Below are positions 31,958 to 41,709 of a stretch of 64,000 nt of DNA, piece by piece (within the stretch, counting starts at the first letter, position 1; each line of letters opens with the position of its first letter). The stretch spans positions 64,001 to 128,000 of the forward strand of contig CAWHAE010000017.1 in assembly GCA_963827235.1 (NCBI GenBank), read 5' to 3'. A model generated the notes under the pieces. That model saw only the letters and a program-made list of their open reading frames with translations, did no database searches and was not told the origin of the DNA. The stretch comes from an uncultured bacterium (GTDB lineage: Bacteria; Chloroflexota; UBA5177; JANWHV01). Both the position numbers and the translations under genes were made by a program.

Positions 31958-32074
31958 ATGCCACGAATACGACACATCAAGCGTCAGTTCACCGCCGGCA
32001 AGACAGTTCGGGACATCGTCACCGGCATGTCGGACGGACTCACGGTGCCCGTCGCGCTCGCGGCCGATCTGTCC
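31958..32074 (+). pseudogene. VIT1/CCC1 family N-terminal fragment
   Basis: HIKRQFTAGKTVRDIVTGMSDGLTVPVALAA, cut by the IS630 remnant. Confidence 0.7.
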
Positions 32075-32420
32075 GTGCGGGATGGAGCGCGATCTGCACC
32101 TCATCCTGCAGGTACACGTCAGCCTGGGGCAGCAGCGCCAGCAGCGCTGCCAGGTCAGGATCGTCTGCGCCGGTCGGCAGCGAGGGCAGGTCGGTCAGGC
32201 AGCGGCGCGGTGCGACCGGCGTGGGTGAAGGCGACGGCAGGGCCGCGGTCGCCAGGACTGCCTCCACCCTCTCCGGCTGTTCGGCCGCCTTGCGCCGCAG
32301 TGTCCAGGTGGCACGTTTGCACACGTAGTCGGCCTGGTGCAGATGGCGGCGCACCGTCTCGATGCCCACACGAGAGCCGGTCGACGTGCCCACGGCGGGG
32401 TCCCACCGCTGGTATTGCGC
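32075..32420 (-). mobile_element. IS630-family transposase remnant
   Basis: GIETVRRHLHQADYVCKRATWTL...ADVYLQDEVQIALHP. Confidence 0.65.
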
Positions 32421-32557
32421 GCTCGAGCGCGAGTGATCCGGATCTCCCTGCGGCCTAGACTTGAGGTCACGGACGAGTTCGTGAGAGTCACGCGGAATGA
32501 GACGCAGGTCGTCTTGCCGCTGTCGGCGAGCAATAAGACGTTCGAGGAGTGCATACG

Positions 32558-32779
32558 ATGGCCACGCTACGTCACCAATTGCTCGGGCAGCCACTCGCTC
32601 GGCGAGACGGCCAGCCTGCGCGCTTCAAGACCGGCACGACGCTGGCTGCCGTGGCCTTTCTGGCAGTCGAGAGCGGCAATCTCTCTCGCGAACAGCTAGC
32701 GTCGATGCTCTGGCTGGGCCACGATCTGGCGGATGCGCGCAACATCTGCGCGCCGGCGGGGCAGCCCGAACGCAGGTGA
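32558..32779 (+). pseudogene. AfsR/SARP (BTAD-type) regulator N-terminal fragment
   Basis: LRHQLLGQP..RRDG...LAAVAFLAVE...SREQLASMLW. Confidence 0.65.
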
Positions 32780-32892
32780 GGTGCGCAGCGCAGTAGCCCG
32801 CAACAACGACCGTCTGGGCACGCCTTCCGCATCGTCGACTCCTCCAGTTCGCCGCAGCCAAGATGGTCGCCCGTGAACTCGTCGAGATACAC

Positions 32893-32995
32893 TGAGCATA
32901 TTGCACTAATATGACAGGAGAGTTGCCACTGTTGAAGGGTATAGGAGTACCTTAGTACTTCTATAGTTGACGCCAGCCGCGTGCAAGCCCATACT
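32893..32995 (+). promoter_or_regulatory. Conserved regulon promoter module, copy P3
   Basis: Distal TGAGCATATTGC (32893); proximal palindrome TATAGGAGTAC-CTTA-GTACTTCTATA (32940-32965); TTGACG 32967; 17 nt ending GCC; CATACT 32990. Confidence 0.8.
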
Positions 32996-33211
32996 GTGAG
33001 AGGATCGACGTCGTGCCTGGTTGACGAGACGATCCACGGCCGGAGATTGTCGGTCGACCCTGCTGAAGCCGCGAATGGAATGGGAGCAAGCTCGCAGCCC
33101 GTCTCAATGGAGACCTGTGCAGGCAAGCCGAACGAGGCGTGCTGAGGTGAGGGGGCAGACCAGCACGGCCAATCAGCACCGTTTCTCACACAAGTGGAGG
33201 CGAGGGAACAG

Positions 33212-33784
33212 ATGATAGACGACGCGAAGGATACCTCTGTCCAGATGGCTGAGAATGCCAAGGATGCAGCAGGGAACTTCATGGAACGGACAGCCGACAA
33301 GCTGAGAAACTGGGCCACCAAGCCTGTGCATGCTGTTGCAGACGCTACTGAGCACGCCGCAAAGGCAGCTGTTCACGCGGCTGAGCGACACACAGATGCG
33401 GCTGTTCACGCGGCTGAACAGAGCAAGGATGCGGCCGTTCACGATGCCGACCAGCTCAAAGGGCTGGCGAGCCATCTGGCCGAACCCGTCAGGGAGTCAG
33501 CGACCGACGCGGCGGACCAATCTAAGAAGACGATCGTTCGCCTGGGTCAAGTAGCAGAGGTGTCTGCCAACGAGCTTGGAGACCATGTGCACAGCGGCGC
33601 TAGTCAGGTAGCTCAACATGCAAGATCGCTGAGCGCTGGCCTTCTGCATGCTGCCCGCGATCCGAGGAAGATTCCACGGTGGTTGGTCGGCGCGCTGGCT
33701 TTGGGCGTCTGGCTCGCGGTTGGTCAGATGCTTCGCAAAAAGGGGCCCAAGGATGACCAGCTGGATCAAGTGACGGACGCTTAA
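33212..33784 (+). CDS. LEA-like Ala/His-rich protein with 11-aa repeats and a C-terminal membrane anchor
   Basis: 33-bp repeats at 33365-33463 (AAVHAAERHTD/AAVHAAEQSKD/AAVHDADQLKG); WLVGALALGVWLAVG near the C-terminus. Confidence 0.7.
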   Translation: MIDDAKDTSVQMAENAKDAAGNFMERTADKLRNWATKPVHAVADATEHAAKAAVHAAERHTDAAVHAAEQSKDAAVHDADQLKGLASHLAEPVRESATDAADQSKKTIVRLGQVAEVSANELGDHVHSGASQVAQHARSLSAGLLHAARDPRKIPRWLVGALALGVWLAVGQMLRKKGPKDDQLDQVTDA

Positions 33785-33848
33785 CCGCTGGAGGGCACAA
33801 CCGAGCGCCCGTTGCATGCCAACCTTCCAAACGGAAAGAGAAACGAAC

Positions 33849-34220
33849 ATGGCACAGATCGAGATTACGCCGCAATCACTCATCGTCCATATCACCGGCG
33901 CCGATCGGCTCTGGTCGCTCAAGAGCCGTCTGGAAATCCCCCTGGCGCATGTCGTGGGCGCCAACCACGCAACGGACGACGCGGACAGCTGGTTGGAGGG
34001 TTTCCGTCTTGGCGCCGTGTACGTGCCCGGCGTGCTGAGCGCCGGCAGCGTCCATCATCAGGACGATCGCGTCTATTGGGATGTCCACGACTCAGCCAAG
34101 GCGATTGCCATTGTCTTGAAAGATGATCGCTATGCGCGGCTGGTTGTTGAAGTTGACGATCCCGCCGCGACACTTGCCGCGATTGCCAAGGCGCTCCAGG
34201 TTCCAGCCGCAGCCCACTAG
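33849..34220 (+). CDS. Conserved hypothetical protein (PH-like), paralog A
   Basis: MAQIEITPQSLIVHITGADRLWSLKSRLEIPL...YARLVVEVDDP; close paralog at 35151-35525. Confidence 0.85.
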   Translation: MAQIEITPQSLIVHITGADRLWSLKSRLEIPLAHVVGANHATDDADSWLEGFRLGAVYVPGVLSAGSVHHQDDRVYWDVHDSAKAIAIVLKDDRYARLVVEVDDPAATLAAIAKALQVPAAAH

Positions 34221-34299
34221 CGCCCTCCTGGAAGCCTGGCAGAATCCTGCGGCGATCCCGCTCCCAGAAGCGCGTCCGAGCGTCACAGCACCGAGGAGA

Positions 34300-34969
34300 G
34301 TCGGCCAGTGGAGTTGGCCCACCTTCATGGACGAAGCACTCAAGCTCGCTGGGCAGCCCAGTCGCCGCCGGGTCTGCTCCGCCGGCACGCCGTACAAACG
34401 CGCACCGCCCCAAAGTCGGTGCAAGAGAATGGATGCCGTCTGTCCCTGGTCGATTGAACGAAGCCGCCGTCCATGCTCCCGCACCAGGCCGCGCACGCTA
34501 GTGGCGCGCACCACCCCCTCTTCGCCGGTCTTTCAGCCCAAGAGCCGGGCCACCGAGGCGAAAGGCTAGTCCTGGGCGACAAGACGAGCCCACTCCTGCA
34601 ACCCTCGCGTCGTGAGCATGCCACGATGGTCGGAGAGCAAGGTGTTCCCGGGCAGCACATGCTGTCCGATGGCCCGGTGCACAGAGACCTGACTGCGCAT
34701 CTGGAGCATGCCAAAGCGGCAGGCGATATGCAGCGTTGCGTAGCCATCGGCCGTTAGACTGGAAAGCTCGTGCTTCGCCGGAAGCGGCGCATCGCCTGGG
34801 TGTCCAGTTCCTTCCACTCCAACTCGTAGAGACAGCGCAGGAACTGGTCGCCCGTCCGCTCCACCTGTGCTTCCAAGTCGTCCAAGAGCGCCGCTAGTGC
34901 GCACAGGTGCCGGCGGCAAATGGGAGCCATATGCTGCTAGTTCTCTCTGACCAGCAGCATATGGCTCCC
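34300..34969 (-). mobile_element. Degenerate ISKra4/ISLre2-like transposase remnant
   Basis: LDDLEAQVERTGDQFLRCLYE, DGYATLHIACRFGMLQMRSQV, TRGLQEWARLVAQD*PFASVARLLG* across frames, with internal stops. Confidence 0.5.
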
Positions 34970-35150
34970 GCCTGCTCTTCGACCAGCGCGCCACGTTGAG
35001 ACCCGCCAACCGGGGCGATCGGCGCGAAACGCTCTCGCGTGATCGCGGCCAGGGCGGTGCCACCGGCCTGGCCTCATGCTGAGAGATCTGCGCGTCTATG
35101 CCAAACCGAGCTGTATGGCATAGAATCCTTCGTGAGGAACGACCACTCGG

Positions 35151-35525
35151 CTAGTGGGACGCTGCTGGAGGCTGGATCGCTTTGGCAATGGCGGCAAGAG
35201 TCGCCGCGGGATCGTCAACTTCAACAACCAGCCGCGCATAGCGATCATCTTTCAGATTGATGGCGATGGCCTTGTTCGGATCATGCACATCCCAGAAGAC
35301 GCGATTGTCTTGATGATGGAAGGTGCCAGCGCTGAGCACTCCGGGCACATGCGTGAGGCCTCTGTGGACGAGGCCCTTCAACCAGGCGTGCGCCTCCTCC
35401 GTCTCCTGGCTGGCGCCTACGACATGCGTCAGTGGGATTTCCAGGTGGCTCTTGAGCGCCCAGAGCCGATCAGCACCCGTAATGTGGACGATGAGAGCCT
35501 GCGGTGTTATCTCTATGTGTGCCAT
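35151..35525 (-). CDS. Conserved hypothetical protein (PH-like), paralog B
   Basis: MAHIEITPQALIVHITGADRLWALKSHLEIPL; 49 bp identical to paralog A (35206-35254 vs 34117-34165, inverted). Confidence 0.85.
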   Translation of the reverse strand: MAHIEITPQALIVHITGADRLWALKSHLEIPLTHVVGASQETEEAHAWLKGLVHRGLTHVPGVLSAGTFHHQDNRVFWDVHDPNKAIAINLKDDRYARLVVEVDDPAATLAAIAKAIQPPAASH

Positions 35526-35733
35526 CTTCGTGACTGTTTCCTCTCGCTATGCACCGATTGACGGAAGTATCTGGGCCCATATCCCAGGTGCGTGGGCCAG
35601 CCGTATCCTCCCATGTGACCGTTGACGGAGTCACAAACGCCTTGGGCGACTCCTGGCGCAGGTCCCCGAAACGCCCACGTGTGCCAGCAACCCGGCCTTG
35701 CCAGAGCCAGTGATGCGGGTAGGGCTCCTCCAG

Positions 35734-35836
35734 AGTATGGGCGACTCCTACAGCAATGTCAACCATTAGTGAAGCATTCTCCATCTATGCACCCGAGAGT
35801 ACGCCATCCTCAGGTAGTATTGTCTGAATACCATGA
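35734..35836 (-). promoter_or_regulatory. Conserved regulon promoter module, copy P4
   Basis: Minus strand: distal TCATGGTATTCA; proximal TAGA-TGGAGAATGCTTCACTAA; TTGACA (35762-35757); 17 nt ending GCC; CATACT (35739-35734). Confidence 0.8.
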
Positions 35837-36033
35837 TAGAAACACCCGGATATCGCGTCCTTGAGCGCAACTATTGGTGATCTCATCATGGCTGACTGCG
35901 CACCGGTCCTGCCATCTCGCACGATCAATCATGATCGTGACATCGCCGCCGCACTTGCAGTTGGACCGTTCCCATGGGTTGCGCGCGCCGCGTTCGCCGT
36001 CCAACACGGCATGCAGCGCGGAGGCAGGGATCG

Positions 36034-36858
36034 TCAGGGCTTCCGGCCAAAGGCGCCAATACCGTGCATGCTCGCGAAGAAGTGTCCCTCGGCGTCCGCT
36101 TCCTGCCACTCCTGCCGTAGGCTACCGACTTCGTCCGGCGTGAGCGCGCCAGCTGCCACGGCCGCCGCTTCGACGCGATCCGCGAGGAGCGCGTATTGGG
36201 TGAACGAGTAGCTGGTGAAGTAGACCGGATAGACCTCGATGACGATGTCGTTCAGCTCGTGCGAGGCGAACAGGCGAAGGAGTCGACGACCAGCATAGCC
36301 GTTGCGAAGGAACCCCTCTATGAAGAAGCGCACATAGCGCCGCTCCAGCTCAACCTGCATGCAATCGAACGAGAGCGTCCCCCAGTCTGGCTCCAGGACG
36401 CCGATCCATCCTCCGGAGCGACTCACGCGCACCAACTCGGCGAATGCAGCCTCGGGACACGGCAGGTGCTGGAAGATCCGCTCGGCGCGGACGCGGTCAA
36501 ATGCTGCCGCTGCGAACGGCAAGGAGAGTGCGTCGGCCTGGATGTGCGTGGTCCATCCATCGACACGGGCACCAACTGCACTCCGGTTTGCCTCGGCAAT
36601 CAACGCGGGGTCGTCGTCCACTCCGATCACGGCGCCCGTAGGACCAACCAGGTCAGCGAGGTCAATCGTGTCGGTTGCCGGACCACAACCGAGATCGAGA
36701 ACTCGGTTACCGGGCTGGAGACGCAACAACTCGTAACTGCGGCGCTTCTGTTGCTCCCAGAGAGACGCCACAGCCTGGAGGTACTGGGGATCGATGTAGC
36801 CAGGCATGCTCTGAACTGCGTGGATTCGGCACTCGATATCCTCGTGTTCAACGCTCAT
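36034..36858 (-). CDS. Class I SAM-dependent methyltransferase (UbiE-like)
   Basis: GNRVLDLGCGP, VIGVD, ADALSLPF, FDRV, ELVRVSRSGG. Confidence 0.92.
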   Translation of the reverse strand: MSVEHEDIECRIHAVQSMPGYIDPQYLQAVASLWEQQKRRSYELLRLQPGNRVLDLGCGPATDTIDLADLVGPTGAVIGVDDDPALIAEANRSAVGARVDGWTTHIQADALSLPFAAAAFDRVRAERIFQHLPCPEAAFAELVRVSRSGGWIGVLEPDWGTLSFDCMQVELERRYVRFFIEGFLRNGYAGRRLLRLFASHELNDIVIEVYPVYFTSYSFTQYALLADRVEAAAVAAGALTPDEVGSLRQEWQEADAEGHFFASMHGIGAFGRKP

Positions 36859-37044
36859 CCGGATTATCTCTCCCCAGAAGAGCTTCGCCCCGCGAGACTC
36901 GAACATCGGCGCCGGATGTGCAAGGCCGCCAAACCGGGTGTCCCAGGTACGTCATCGAAGGGAACCGTCGTCCGCGCACCCATGCCCGCACGCTCAATCC
37001 ATGAACGCACCAGAGCGTGGCTGCCATCTCCTTCATCCCCTCGA

Positions 37045-37147
37045 AGTATGCGCGCTCGAGCATGCCCTGTCAATGTATAGTGACAAGTAACTCTAGCTAA
37101 CACCGAGATTACTTGCGCAACAGTTCACGATACTACGAGTTAGCTTA
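37045..37147 (-). promoter_or_regulatory. Conserved regulon promoter module, copy P5
   Basis: Minus strand: distal TAAGCTAACTCG; proximal TAGC-TAGAGTTACTTGTCACTA; TTGACA (37073-37068); 17 nt ending GCG; CATACT (37050-37045). Confidence 0.75.
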
Positions 37148-37441
37148 TGGTAATTATGGGGCTTCCAAGCAGGTGGGCTGTACGCGGCGTGGGCACCCCC
37201 ATACGCATCACACACGCCCCACGCTTCTCCTGTTGGGCATGGTGTTCACTGCCTTCGGGTGGCACACGCGCAGCAACCGTGCTGTGTTCTGGGCATCATC
37301 AATCATCAGTTCATCGCCGGTGCCCACACTAAGCGGCGGTAGACGGTACGTTCGATCCCGAGGCCTTCTCGCTTGACCAGATCAGCCAGACACTCAGAGG
37401 CCTCTGATCATACTGGCACAGCCATCGTGAGCTTAGGGGGA

Positions 37442-37780
37442 TTATCCTTTATAAGTTGTAGGGGCCCCGTCCTCTTTCCAGTAATCCTGCCGATCGTACA
37501 GGCTGGCGGAGGCGCTGAACAACCCCGCCCCCTCACCGTGTCGCATCTCATCGTAGCGCTCGCTGGCGCTTACTTGGGCCTTGGTCAGTGAAAGCTGTAC
37601 CACGTTTCCGTCGACGCTGGCTTGGTCAATTGGGAGCACCACATCGCTCCCAAACACCCCATTGTTCATAACCACTACGAAGCGTGGGACGCCTTCTTCC
37701 GTGACGAGTATGTCGTCAACCACGCCGGCATCGCCGTCCCTTGCCCGGGCTGGCATGCCAATGCGAATAGCGTCGTTCAT
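37442..37780 (-). CDS. PRC-barrel protein
   Basis: IRIGMPARARDGDAGVVDDILV...GVFGSDVVLPI; AAGGAGG RBS. Confidence 0.8.
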   Translation of the reverse strand: MNDAIRIGMPARARDGDAGVVDDILVTEEGVPRFVVVMNNGVFGSDVVLPIDQASVDGNVVQLSLTKAQVSASERYDEMRHGEGAGLFSASASLYDRQDYWKEDGAPTTYKG

Positions 37781-38274
37781 GATTGCCTCCTTGATGACGG
37801 GCGGATTCTTCGCGCAGCATCGCGCTGATGCGATGAGCGCGACGCCCTTCCTTGAGAAGCAGTTTTCGCCTGAGCGACTTGCCCATGCACATCGAATGCT
37901 TCGCGACCTAGAGCCAGGCCGCGGTAGCATGTACACAAATTGGCTACGTCTTGCCAGTCTCGAGATCGACCGGCACGGGCGGATATCTGCCGCCGCTGCC
38001 TTGGTCTTCGAGCGCCAGGATCAGCGTCTGATTCCTGGCTGGTCGACCGGAGTCGCAGGCTGCGGAGCACACGGAACAGCTCGTCGCTCGCAGACAGCCC
38101 ATAGTCGATAGTCACGCCGACGGTCCCTGGCAGTGCTGTTCGGCCGCAGTTCCGCCACATGGGTCAACTGGACTGGGGCTTACGCAAGCCACGTTCCCTT
38201 GTCTCTGCAGTGGCTAGCGACGTGACGGCTTTGACGCGAGAAAGCCGGGCGTCCCCTCCGCCGTGAGGGTCAGG

Positions 38275-38832
38275 CTATTTCACGTTGATCTTCAGGCGAT
38301 TCGATTCCGCCTCCTTTGGCTTCGGCATACGGACCTCGAGCACGCCGTCGGCAAAGCTCGCATGGATGTCCTCGGCTCGCACCCCCTCAGGCACTGGGAG
38401 CCGGCGATAGAAGCTACCGTAGCTGCGTTCGCTGCGGTAGAACTGCTCCTCACGTACCTCATGCTCCTCGTGCCGCTGGCCATGGATAATCAAGCTATCC
38501 TGCTCAAGCTCGACCTCGATATCCTCTTTCTTCACCCCTGCCAGCTCAGCCTTGACGACGAGGTGATCGCCTTTCTCGTAGACGTCAACACGTGGCTCCC
38601 ACACCGAACCCGTCTGCGACCATACGCGGGGAGCGGGGAATGGTGACCCTCCCATGAATGGGGTCAGCTGTGCCCGGATCTCTGCCATCTCCCGCCGCAT
38701 ATCGTCGAACAAGTCAAACGGCTCCTTTCGGCGCAAGCGCTGTTCCTCATGCGGCTGCATGGCAGCACCGCTGCCCTTTGCCACGTGTACGTCGTCCTTG
38801 CCTTCCTGGACTGTGACGTCTGGCTTAGCCAT
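38275..38832 (-). CDS. Hsp20/alpha-crystallin small heat-shock protein
   Basis: PRVDVYE, AELAGVKKEDI, ERSYGSFYRRLPVP, ASFADGVLEV. Confidence 0.95.
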   Translation of the reverse strand: MAKPDVTVQEGKDDVHVAKGSGAAMQPHEEQRLRRKEPFDLFDDMRREMAEIRAQLTPFMGGSPFPAPRVWSQTGSVWEPRVDVYEKGDHLVVKAELAGVKKEDIEVELEQDSLIIHGQRHEEHEVREEQFYRSERSYGSFYRRLPVPEGVRAEDIHASFADGVLEVRMPKPKEAESNRLKINVK

Positions 38833-38918
38833 CGAAAACTCTCCTCTACTGGAGCTATGCTGTGTGACCGTTCGCCGCTGCCGCCGGTTGGGATCGGTTG
38901 TCATCGTGGCTCTCCCAA

Positions 38919-39021
38919 AGTATGGGCGTCTCTTACCGCAATGTCAACTATAGGCGTAGTAGTCTCCAATGATAGCTCGGACGACACGCGAGGTAGGGGT
39001 CGTATTGTGTGAATACCCTCA
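38919..39021 (-). promoter_or_regulatory. Conserved regulon promoter module, copy P6
   Basis: Minus strand: distal TGAGGGTATTCA; proximal TGGAGACTACTACGCCTA; TTGACA (38947-38942); 17 nt ending GCC; CATACT (38924-38919). Confidence 0.8.
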
Positions 39022-39064
39022 TAACAAGTCCAGCAAGGAGGTCTGCCACTGGCGCGCGACCGTG

Positions 39065-39670
39065 TCAGCGTGCTGCGCTCCACCGCCGTGCTGTGTACCA
39101 ACCGGTCACGTTCAGGGCCGCCTGATAGTCCGGCACCCACACGTCGACGTGCGCGCCCAACACCGCTGACCCCGTGTCGGCCGCATAGCACCTGCCAACG
39201 CCAGCTAGGTTGACCTGGGTACCGAGCGGAATGAAGTCGGGATCGACAGCACAGATCCCCGGACCCGCGGGAACCCCGGTAGCGGTCGTGCCCGCAAGAT
39301 CATAGCCGGTAACCCAAACCTGCTCCTCGTGCACAATCAAACCGGCGGTACGGCGGGATTGGCCCGCGGAGGCTGCGCTCATGCTGCCGGTCCCCGATGG
39401 GTGGTTCGCGCGGCGGGTGCCAGAAGCCAGGCCGAGTCCACACGTCTGGACGTGCCAGGGCTGCGCGTCAGGCCGGCGCAGTCCCCGCACCACGGGTTGC
39501 CCAACGGTACGTACGCAACTCACCCTGCCTGCGATCATGCGGGCAGTCGCCACATGCGCGATCCGCGGCAACTGCGGTGCAGTGTACGTGTGTCCTCTCT
39601 GAACCACGGCGAAACCTGCCGCGCAGAGAACGCCGGCGAGAGAGAACGCGACGAGATGACTGGTAGTCAT
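39065..39670 (-). CDS. Secreted 3D-domain (MltA-like, Sps-type) protein
   Basis: VTGY..GTTATG....GICAVDPDFIPLGT...AADTGSAVLGAHVDVW (three conserved Asp); N-terminal hydrophobic segment. Confidence 0.8.
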   Translation of the reverse strand: MTTSHLVAFSLAGVLCAAGFAVVQRGHTYTAPQLPRIAHVATARMIAGRVSCVRTVGQPVVRGLRRPDAQPWHVQTCGLGLASGTRRANHPSGTGSMSAASAGQSRRTAGLIVHEEQVWVTGYDLAGTTATGVPAGPGICAVDPDFIPLGTQVNLAGVGRCYAADTGSAVLGAHVDVWVPDYQAALNVTGWYTARRWSAAR

Positions 39671-39950
39671 GAGCGGCCGGTGCCGAGCGTCCTGCTTCGC
39701 CGCGGAAAACAGTCCAGCCACTCCAACACATCATCGCTGCCTTCATCGCTTGGTTCACGCGGCTGCGTCTGATCCGCGGGCCGCTGTGCGGATGGCCGTA
39801 TGCTCGCGCCGGCAGCCGATTCGCCCATGCAGAGTCTGTGAGATGTGGTACTCCGGGCGGCAAGACTTCTTCCAGGATATGGAGTTCCAATCTCGGCTCG
39901 AGCGAATCGGCCAGCCGAGGCAAAGGCGTCGCTCGCCGCACAGCTGGTGC

Positions 39951-40949
39951 TCACGTGAGGCGCGCCTCGTTGACCACCACGGCTGAGCCCTGGAACGCAC
40001 CGTGGCGGAGCCGTTCGAGTGCCGTGTTGACTTCCGCGAGCGGATGAGACTCCACGGTGGTGCGGATAGGGATCCGTGGCGCCAGGGCCAGGAACTCCTC
40101 CCCATCACGGCGTGTCAGATTCGCCACCGAGCGCACGGTCCGCTCCTCCCACAGAAGATCGTAGGGGAAGGTCGGGATGACGCTCATGTGGATGCCCGCG
40201 CAGACTACGGCACCGCCCCTGGCCAGCGCCCGCAGTGCCGCCGGCACCAGATCTCCGGCCGCGGCGAAGATGATCGCCGCGTCGAGCTCCTCGGGCGGCC
40301 GTTGTCCCGAGCCGCCCGCCCACTCGGCCCCGCCCGTCCGCGCGAACTGTTGCCCCGCTGCATCCCCGTCGCGCGTGAACGCGAACACCCGGCGTCCCTG
40401 GTGGCGTGCCACCTGCGCGACGAGGTGCGCGGACGAGCCGAAACCATACAGTCCCAACCGTTCCCCATCGCCGGTCATCGTGAGCGCGCGATAGCCGATG
40501 AGGCCGGCGCACAGCAGGGGCGCCGCCTGCAAGTCCGGGAAGCCCGCCGGGAGCTGGAAGCAGTAGCGGACGTCGGCCACCGTGTAGTCGGCATAGCCTC
40601 CGTCGATGTCGTAGCCAGTGAACCGGGCGTGCTCGCACAGATTCTCGCGGCCGGCGCGGCAATAGCGGCAGGACCCGTCAGTGGAACTGAGCCACGGCAC
40701 CCCGACGCGGTCGCCGGGAGAAAAGCGCTCGACGCCCGCCCCACGGTCGACGACCGTGCCCACGATCTGGTGGCCGAGGACGAGCGGAAGCTTGGGACGC
40801 GGCAACTCCCCGTCGATTATGTGGAGATCAGTGCGGCAGATCCCACACGCATGCACCTCGAGCAGTACCTGTCCCTCGCCTGGTCGAGGCTGTGGCAGGA
40901 CGGCCTCACGCAAGAGTTCGCCGGGTGAATCCAGCACCATCGCGCGCAT
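39951..40949 (-). CDS. Zinc-dependent alcohol dehydrogenase (propanol-preferring type)
   Basis: CGICRTDLH, LGHQIVG, CRYC..GRENLC, APLLCAGLIG, LGLYGFG. Confidence 0.95.
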   Translation of the reverse strand: MRAMVLDSPGELLREAVLPQPRPGEGQVLLEVHACGICRTDLHIIDGELPRPKLPLVLGHQIVGTVVDRGAGVERFSPGDRVGVPWLSSTDGSCRYCRAGRENLCEHARFTGYDIDGGYADYTVADVRYCFQLPAGFPDLQAAPLLCAGLIGYRALTMTGDGERLGLYGFGSSAHLVAQVARHQGRRVFAFTRDGDAAGQQFARTGGAEWAGGSGQRPPEELDAAIIFAAAGDLVPAALRALARGGAVVCAGIHMSVIPTFPYDLLWEERTVRSVANLTRRDGEEFLALAPRIPIRTTVESHPLAEVNTALERLRHGAFQGSAVVVNEARLT

Positions 40950-41094
40950 CGCGCACTCCTTCCCTGCCTCTATTTCCCTCAGGCCTCCTCGGCCACGTTG
41001 CGAAACGCTGCTCTTTCCAAGGCCGATCACAACGTCACCGGCGAGCAGCGAACTGGCCCCGTCTCCACGTTGGAGACGGGGCAGGCGGTGCGAC

Positions 41095-41514
41095 CTACCG
41101 GTTGTAGTAGGGGTACGGTGGGTACCTGTATCCGTCATTCCAGTACGGCGCGTAGCCGTAGTAGCCGTAGAGGTCGTCCAAATAGCGCTCGTCGTGTTTG
41201 GTGACGAGTACCGGATCGTAGCGCGGGGCGCCGTGCAAGTGCTCCCCTCCGCGGTCGATGGTGACCGCGTCGTAGGCAATGCTGGTAATCGCGTCAACCG
41301 GAATCAGCACGTGCGTGGCGCCCAGGCCCAGGAACCCGCCGCACTCCACTCGAAGGAACCGCACCTTGTTCTCGGCGTCATCGACCATCAAGCCGTCGAC
41401 GGTGCCAATGTGCTTCCCCGCGTTATCCAGGACTTTCCGGCCCCGGACGTCGTCGTCGGCGTGTGCTACCGTCTCGCCGATGTCGCGTAGTCTCCGCAGT
41501 GTCGAAGCGGTCAT
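41095..41514 (-). CDS. PRC-barrel protein with Tyr-rich tail
   Basis: Paralog of 10284; ends LYGYYGYAPYWNDGYRYPPYPYYNR. Confidence 0.9.
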   Translation of the reverse strand: MTASTLRRLRDIGETVAHADDDVRGRKVLDNAGKHIGTVDGLMVDDAENKVRFLRVECGGFLGLGATHVLIPVDAITSIAYDAVTIDRGGEHLHGAPRYDPVLVTKHDERYLDDLYGYYGYAPYWNDGYRYPPYPYYNR

Positions 41515-41606
41515 AGTTGCCCTCCTGCTCTGTCGATATCCCCCCGAACATGGCGCGTGTGCCAACTGCGTGATAATCAGCGCGCGGTGCCGAGGGGTTC
41601 CTCTGT

Positions 41607-41709
41607 AGCATGGGCTTCTTCCGCCCCAAAGTCAACCATAGATGAAATATCCTCTATCTAAAATCGAGTCAATGAGCTATAATCCGGTCATATACTATGA
41701 GGACCATAC
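41607..41709 (-). promoter_or_regulatory. Conserved regulon promoter module, copy P7
   Basis: Minus strand: distal GTATGGTCCTCA; proximal TAGAGGATATTTCATCTA (41639-41656); TTGACT (41635-41630); 17 nt ending GCC; CATGCT. Confidence 0.8.
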
